From: a virus
Lineage: Duplodnaviria; Caudoviricetes
Virus record (IMG/VR): IMGVR_UViG_3300021399_000103
Coordinates: 96,001-160,000 of that record
DNA: 64,000 nt
Reading direction: 5' to 3' (one strand)
Shown here: piece after piece, positions 59,262 to 64,000 of the stretch
Position numbering within the stretch: the stretch's first letter is position 1
Layout: every line of letters starts with the position of its first letter
The notes under the pieces: model-generated
Told to the model about the DNA's origin: nothing
What the model saw: only the letters and a program-made list of their open reading frames with translations
Databases searched by the model: none
Position numbers and translations under genes: made by a program

Positions 59262-59372
59262 AAGGCACTTTATCTTGCTTTAACCATTTAGCTACTCATC
59301 AAAATTTTTGGCTGATAAGACAGGAATCGAACCTGCATATAAGAATAATCTTATGTTTGCTGTATGTGCCTT
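59262..59372 (-). ncRNA. Stem-CAGCAA RNA copy E containing a circularly permuted tRNA mimic
   Basis: AAGGCACATA-CAGCAA..GCAGG-TTCGATT-CCTGT, CTTATCA(GCCA)..TGATGAG, D arm, GTGCCTT. Confidence 0.75.
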
Positions 59373-59406
59373 TCTTTATTTTACATAAATATTATAACAA
59401 AATTTT

Positions 59407-59580
59407 TTATTTTTGTCCAATGATTGTAAAGATATCTGTCGATGGGACAACCGCTAAGCCGCCCCACGAACCGTGAAGTTGCCCCATATCGTCGATGCTT
59501 CTAACGACACCTTCTCTGCCCGTATATTGAGGCTCACCATCCATATATTCAATTCTAATTGTATCTCCAATTTTTACCAT
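59407..59580 (-). CDS. DUF4314-like protein, 57 aa
   Basis: GDTIRI.YM.GE..G.V..IDDMGQLHGSWG; TAATG coupling. Confidence 0.75.
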   Translation of the reverse strand: MVKIGDTIRIEYMDGEPQYTGREGVVRSIDDMGQLHGSWGGLAVVPSTDIFTIIGQK

Positions 59581-59891
59581 TATAGTCCCATCCTTTGCAT
59601 TAATTTCCGCACATTCTCTCGTTCTTTATCTGAAATCTCTACTTTTTCAGGAGCCACCGCAATCGTATCATCATTAGTAAAATCTCTACCTGTATTATAA
59701 TTTAATTCACTTGTGTTAATAGTTTCAATCATTACTTTTGGACATGTCATTGATAGAGCGATTTGAACTCGTTCACCCCCATCATCAGCCCAAACATAAA
59801 GTTTTTTATCGACTTCTCCAACAAAATCTGCTCCAAAAGCAGCTTTAATTTTTTCAGCTACTTTTTCTTTTGCAATACTTCCTCTTGCCAT
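59580..59891 (-). CDS. Hypothetical phage protein
   Basis: AAGGAG RBS. Confidence 0.75.
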   Translation of the reverse strand: MARGSIAKEKVAEKIKAAFGADFVGEVDKKLYVWADDGGERVQIALSMTCPKVMIETINTSELNYNTGRDFTNDDTIAVAPEKVEISDKERENVRKLMQRMGL

Positions 59892-59911
59892 TTTATCTCC
59901 TTATATTATTA

Positions 59912-61273
59912 TTATAACATATTTTTTTCTCTATAGCAATCTTCGCAATAATAACGGTCTCTTTCTTCATCCCATATAAGATCATCTACATGATATATCA
60001 TATTGCAATTAATACATCTATCATAATAATGACTGTAGCAATCAATACATATCGGATGATCTTCTGCGCGACCAGTCCAATAGACCATATCTTCTGGAAC
60101 AATTTCTCCACAATCTGCGCAATGAATAAAACCATTAGGTTCTAAACATTGAGAGCAAACCATTGAATCTGTATCCGTTAAATAATTATCGCCGCATATC
60201 AGACATGGGACTTGCGCACCGATATGAAATTTTATTGGCGCTGGAGATATTTTATTCCAACAGTAATAAGGAATATAAAAATTTGACTCTAATAAATCAT
60301 TAAAGTGTAATTTAGATTGGTCTTTAACCAATGCCCTCATTGAATATATTTTATCTCTTATAGGAACATATCTATCGTTAGTAGAAAAATCATCTAAAGA
60401 TGACCATTTTTTTAATTGTATCTGTTGAAAATAGTCATCATGCCAATGACTCCAAGCATTTGAAGCACCCCAAATGGCTCTCTCAATACCCGGCGTTGCC
60501 TTTTCAGCCCAGCGTTCACGTACTACTTCCATGATATTTTCAGAAAAGAATGGATAATGGCGTCCAGCAAAAACCGCATTCCAATTATCAGATACAAAAA
60601 GTAACATTCTCCATTTTTTACTATTCCAAGGAATAGATTCTGGAAAACGAGGTAATTTTTCTTTTCTATCATTACAAATATAACAAACTATCGTGCTACT
60701 ATCAAGCATATAAGATAAATTACCTGCACGGTATTCTCCATCTAAAGCATGACAGCTACGCCAGTTATTATTATTTTCACTACTGGATAAATAATCTAAT
60801 GGATGGACAGACAAACAAAGGTATCCTGTAATTTTATTTTCTTGAATTAAACGACTTGCTGCAGTTTGGATTCTATCTAAATCATATTCGTTATTAACAA
60901 ATTCTTTATACGCTTTTGTTAATTTCATTCCAGAAGCAATATTAAAACCATGTCTATTATATGATGAGGACATTTTATTATCAAAAAAATCATTTTGATA
61001 ATAATCAATAAAATCAATTAATTCTGGATAATTATAATTAGAATTAATCATATCAATAAATTTCTGAAGTTTTGAAATTTGTTGATCTCTATCTAATTCA
61101 AAGGTAACAGGTTCTTTAGTCTTATAAATTAATTCTCCATCAAAAGCTTCTATAAAATCTCTTTTTGCTTCAAGCCATTTTTCAATTAATAAATCTGTAT
61201 TAACATTTGAAAGTGATTGAGAATATTCAATTACAGCCTTTACTTGTTTTTTTAATTCATCTTTATTAATCAT
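59912..61273 (-). CDS. Conserved phage protein with C-terminal Zn fingers
   Basis: LSVHPLDYL..WRSCH..G.Y..G; CxxC repeats. Confidence 0.7.
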   Translation of the reverse strand: MINKDELKKQVKAVIEYSQSLSNVNTDLLIEKWLEAKRDFIEAFDGELIYKTKEPVTFELDRDQQISKLQKFIDMINSNYNYPELIDFIDYYQNDFFDNKMSSSYNRHGFNIASGMKLTKAYKEFVNNEYDLDRIQTAASRLIQENKITGYLCLSVHPLDYLSSSENNNNWRSCHALDGEYRAGNLSYMLDSSTIVCYICNDRKEKLPRFPESIPWNSKKWRMLLFVSDNWNAVFAGRHYPFFSENIMEVVRERWAEKATPGIERAIWGASNAWSHWHDDYFQQIQLKKWSSLDDFSTNDRYVPIRDKIYSMRALVKDQSKLHFNDLLESNFYIPYYCWNKISPAPIKFHIGAQVPCLICGDNYLTDTDSMVCSQCLEPNGFIHCADCGEIVPEDMVYWTGRAEDHPICIDCYSHYYDRCINCNMIYHVDDLIWDEERDRYYCEDCYREKNML

Positions 61274-61274
61274 A

Positions 61275-62303
61275 TTACCTCTGCTTCTTTTTTATCTTTT
61301 TAGCACAGTCTTTACAAAATTGACTATATGGATGTTTTGGATCTATTTCAAAACATTCTCCGCAACTTTTGCACCATTCAACATTATTTGAGTTAAGGCA
61401 ATCAATACAATAATATCCTTTACCGCCTCTAATTAATTTAACATCAAGAACTTCATCTCTATCATAATCATTACCACAATTATGACATTTGTATTTAATT
61501 GAATCTGCGGATGGGAAAGGATCAATAGGATAATCATCTTCATAATCGTATCCATAATTATAATATGAAGCTGGATAATGCCAATTATAATATGCGCCTG
61601 GTGCTGGAATATATTTAAATTCTGGAATATTTTCAACAGATAACATCTTTTTTACTTTTTCAATAGTAGATAACATTTGTCCAACAAATAAGACTTCTGA
61701 TGTAGTATGCTCATCTTTATATCCAATAGAAAGGTTTACTCCTGCGATACCCCATTGCGGGCATAGTTCGCAAATATCAGTAAAACTCCCCCAAGCAGTA
61801 ATGAATCCAAAAGATTCAATATATTTTTCAAAATCTTCATTATCGCAATCATAAAAAACGCAATCATTACTATTTCTACGATCCAACTGAATAATATAAC
61901 GAAGATCTTTAAATGGACAAGGAAAATAAGATAATTCTTCTGCCCCAATACAGCCTATTTCTTCATCTGTTGTAAAGATAATATGTGGACGATAACCTGC
62001 TTTTATGATCTGAATAATAGCAAATACTCCAGCTCGATCATCTGCTCCCATACCAGTAGGAGACCACATTACATTCTTTTTACGATCATAGAAAATTTCT
62101 TTTGGCGGAGTCTTAAACACAGTATCCATATGCGCAACAAGCGCAATTGGAATATTACCTTCTGCCAATAGAAAATCTTCGTGATATGTAGCTTCTTTAT
62201 AATTCTGTTTTAAAAATTTATATAATACATGTTTAAGTGTTTCTTGCGAAACTTCGCAAAGATCTTCCATTAAAGTAACTTCACTTTTTGTCAGTATTTT
62301 CAT
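61275..62303 (-). CDS. M20/M28 Zn-peptidase-like protein with C-terminal Zn fingers
   Basis: AHMDT, GADDRAG, DEEIG, QLDR, H. Confidence 0.8.
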   Translation of the reverse strand: MKILTKSEVTLMEDLCEVSQETLKHVLYKFLKQNYKEATYHEDFLLAEGNIPIALVAHMDTVFKTPPKEIFYDRKKNVMWSPTGMGADDRAGVFAIIQIIKAGYRPHIIFTTDEEIGCIGAEELSYFPCPFKDLRYIIQLDRRNSNDCVFYDCDNEDFEKYIESFGFITAWGSFTDICELCPQWGIAGVNLSIGYKDEHTTSEVLFVGQMLSTIEKVKKMLSVENIPEFKYIPAPGAYYNWHYPASYYNYGYDYEDDYPIDPFPSADSIKYKCHNCGNDYDRDEVLDVKLIRGGKGYYCIDCLNSNNVEWCKSCGECFEIDPKHPYSQFCKDCAKKIKKKQR

Positions 62304-62344
62304 TCCATATAACCTCTCACATATATATTATATAATATTTTTTA

Positions 62345-63118
62345 TTATTTTTCAACAATAGAATCTTTTGGTTTTGGCAAAAAATCAGGATCAGCCAGTT
62401 TCAATGCGGTATAGCACATATGGCATCTACCGCCTGATTTACAATTTTGACGACATTTTAATCGAGTTTCAATTACTTCTGGCATAATCATTCTGTTAAT
62501 TGCGGGAGAACCTAAATCTTCAACTAAAATATCTAATCTTGTGCGCCATTCTTTATCTTGAGAATATACCTTAAATAAAGTTTGTTCTCTTACGATGTCA
62601 CAAGGTTCAAACTCTAATACTTGTATATAGTCTTCATATTCTTCTACATCTTCTGGTCTAATCCACTGGCCGCAAACGCCATCGTTATGCGGTAATGTAT
62701 GATTATATGCTACTGTTGGAATAGCTCTAATTTGAATATCGAAATCTAATGTATGCTCTAAATCAAAAAATAATGGAATACCAACATAAGCATATTTAGC
62801 ACCTAAGTTTTGTAATCCTTCTAACTCCCAATAAGATGTTGCTTCTGTATTAAGCATAAACTTTATTTTATTTTCTTTCGCATATTGAACTAATTCTAAA
62901 TTACTAAGATTTAATATAAGATTAGAGTTACAAAGTAGATCATATTGTCTCATTTCAGCCCAATCATATTCTGATATGTCTCCTGGAAATAAAATAATAG
63001 GTTTTCCATATTTATGGTATAAATCTGGGATAGATTTTCTATCTCTAAATTGAACTTTTATTTCATCAGCTTCTCTTAAAAAACGGGGAGCTAATCTACT
63101 ACTTAAACAATATTTCAT
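62345..63118 (-). CDS. Hypothetical protein, possibly U32-like, with a C-terminal Cys cluster
   Basis: GAGG RBS before MKYCL; IRPED; CRQNC..CHMC. Confidence 0.55.
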   Translation of the reverse strand: MKYCLSSRLAPRFLREADEIKVQFRDRKSIPDLYHKYGKPIILFPGDISEYDWAEMRQYDLLCNSNLILNLSNLELVQYAKENKIKFMLNTEATSYWELEGLQNLGAKYAYVGIPLFFDLEHTLDFDIQIRAIPTVAYNHTLPHNDGVCGQWIRPEDVEEYEDYIQVLEFEPCDIVREQTLFKVYSQDKEWRTRLDILVEDLGSPAINRMIMPEVIETRLKCRQNCKSGGRCHMCYTALKLADPDFLPKPKDSIVEK

Positions 63119-63255
63119 ATAAAACACCTCTTTTATATATTTTACCATATAATTTTCTAAAAGGCAATTTTATTTGCGGTTTCGGTGCGGGCGTCCGGCG
63201 GCGCGGCGAGCAAACCTCCAACTTTCAAAAAAAAGAGAACTTTATGTCCTCTTCC

Positions 63256-63645
63256 TTACGCTACTGTATATGCTACAAGCTTTCTTGCTCTACCGCCTTC
63301 TTCAGCTGCGACAGTAACTTCTGTCTTTACAGCTCTTCCAGCCTTAGCCAGAGCGTTTGTTCTATATGCGATCTTGTTAACTGTAGCTTCCTCGTCAGCG
63401 ATTGCAGCCAGAATGTCAGCATTTGTCATAGGTTCATCTGTCAGAACAGCAGCGATTGCGTCCATCAAAGCGTCGCCTTCAGCTGCCTTTGCCGCAGCTC
63501 TCTCCTTTGCCTTAACTGCCTTGTGATCAATTGCCGCAATCTCCTTTTCACAGAATGCAACTACATCTGCGTTGTCAGCCATAGCGTCCTTAATCATGTT
63601 GTAGAAATCCTTCTTTGTCATCTTTTTGTCTGTCATTTTGTTCAC
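63256..63645 (-). CDS. Putative HTH protein
   Basis: Coiled coil followed by MTNADILAAI helix motif. Confidence 0.65.
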   Translation of the reverse strand: MNKMTDKKMTKKDFYNMIKDAMADNADVVAFCEKEIAAIDHKAVKAKERAAAKAAEGDALMDAIAAVLTDEPMTNADILAAIADEEATVNKIAYRTNALAKAGRAVKTEVTVAAEEGGRARKLVAYTVA

Positions 63646-63835
63646 CTTTTTTTAACCTTTCCTTATTTACATATATATTATACTATTTATTTTTTATTTT
63701 TTCAAATGTAAGGTAAGTGCGGCGCGATGGTGTTCCGCGCATTTCCGTTTATTGTCACTTCGCAATGCCTTCGTCAAGGTTTTTCCCTTACCTTACATAT
63801 ATATTATATTATATTTTTTTATAAAAATCAATTAG

Positions 63836-64000
63836 TTAATCATAATATCCACTAATAGATTTTTCAATAATATCAATTACTTTATCAGAAAGCTCTGTTT
63901 TAACAACATAGTCATATCTTTTATTAAACTCATAATTCCAAATGGTGTTAACTACCTTAAAAACAATTTTATGAATAGGATTATTTTCTCTGTTGTAATT
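63836..64000 (-). CDS. Partial hypothetical protein, 5' end outside the window
   Basis: Frame open from the window end to TAA. Confidence 0.5.
   Translation of the reverse strand, partial: NYNRENNPIHKIVFKVVNTIWNYEFNKRYDYVVKTELSDKVIDIIEKSISGYYD

Noticed and set aside
43754-59372. CAGCAA repeats as CRISPR repeats or terminators
   Set aside because: They are dispersed, vary in sequence with compensatory pairing, have no repeat-spacer periodicity or cas genes, and lack U tracts.
47854-59476. Track ORFs overlapping tRNAs and ncRNAs (e.g. 47854, 52634, 54144, 54442, 56876, 57594, 59021)
   Set aside because: By-products of GC-rich RNA genes; no RBS or protein-like features.
59407-59580. GC-rich stretch as an ncRNA
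   Set aside because: It translates to a 57 aa DUF4314-like protein.

Overview
This 64 kb window comes from a large, AT-rich phage, probably infecting gut or rumen Firmicutes (sigma-A-type promoters, AGGAG RBSs). Most genes are on the minus strand. They include a replication and nucleotide module (dUTPase, NrdDG, Gmk, DnaE, RecD-like helicase, RecJ, primase, DnaB-like helicase, Sak4/SSB, ThyX-like, LigA, type IIA topoisomerase, RNase H), a sigma factor, an RNA-repair cluster (Rnl1 ligase, kinase, phosphoesterases, nucleotidyltransferase, DUF2828 TROVE/vWA-like protein), about 28 tRNAs with anticodons for all 20 amino acids, a tmRNA and a ~950 nt GOLLD-like RNA. Two systems stand out. (1) Gene-selective TGA->Trp recoding: seven complete genes and one partial gene are broken in the ORF track but read through intact with TGA=Trp (RuvC, Mom-like enzyme, amidase, lysis-associated protein, membrane GIY-YIG nuclease and others), while core replication genes use only TGG. 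The matching tRNA-Trp(UCA) at 747-1014 is split inside its anticodon by a 196 nt group I intron, so the suppressor exists only after splicing. (2) A DUF2828 (Ro60/TROVE-like) gene with five stem-CAGCAA RNAs, one in its own leader and several carrying circularly permuted, Y-RNA-like tRNA mimics. All calls were made by eye; no searches were run.
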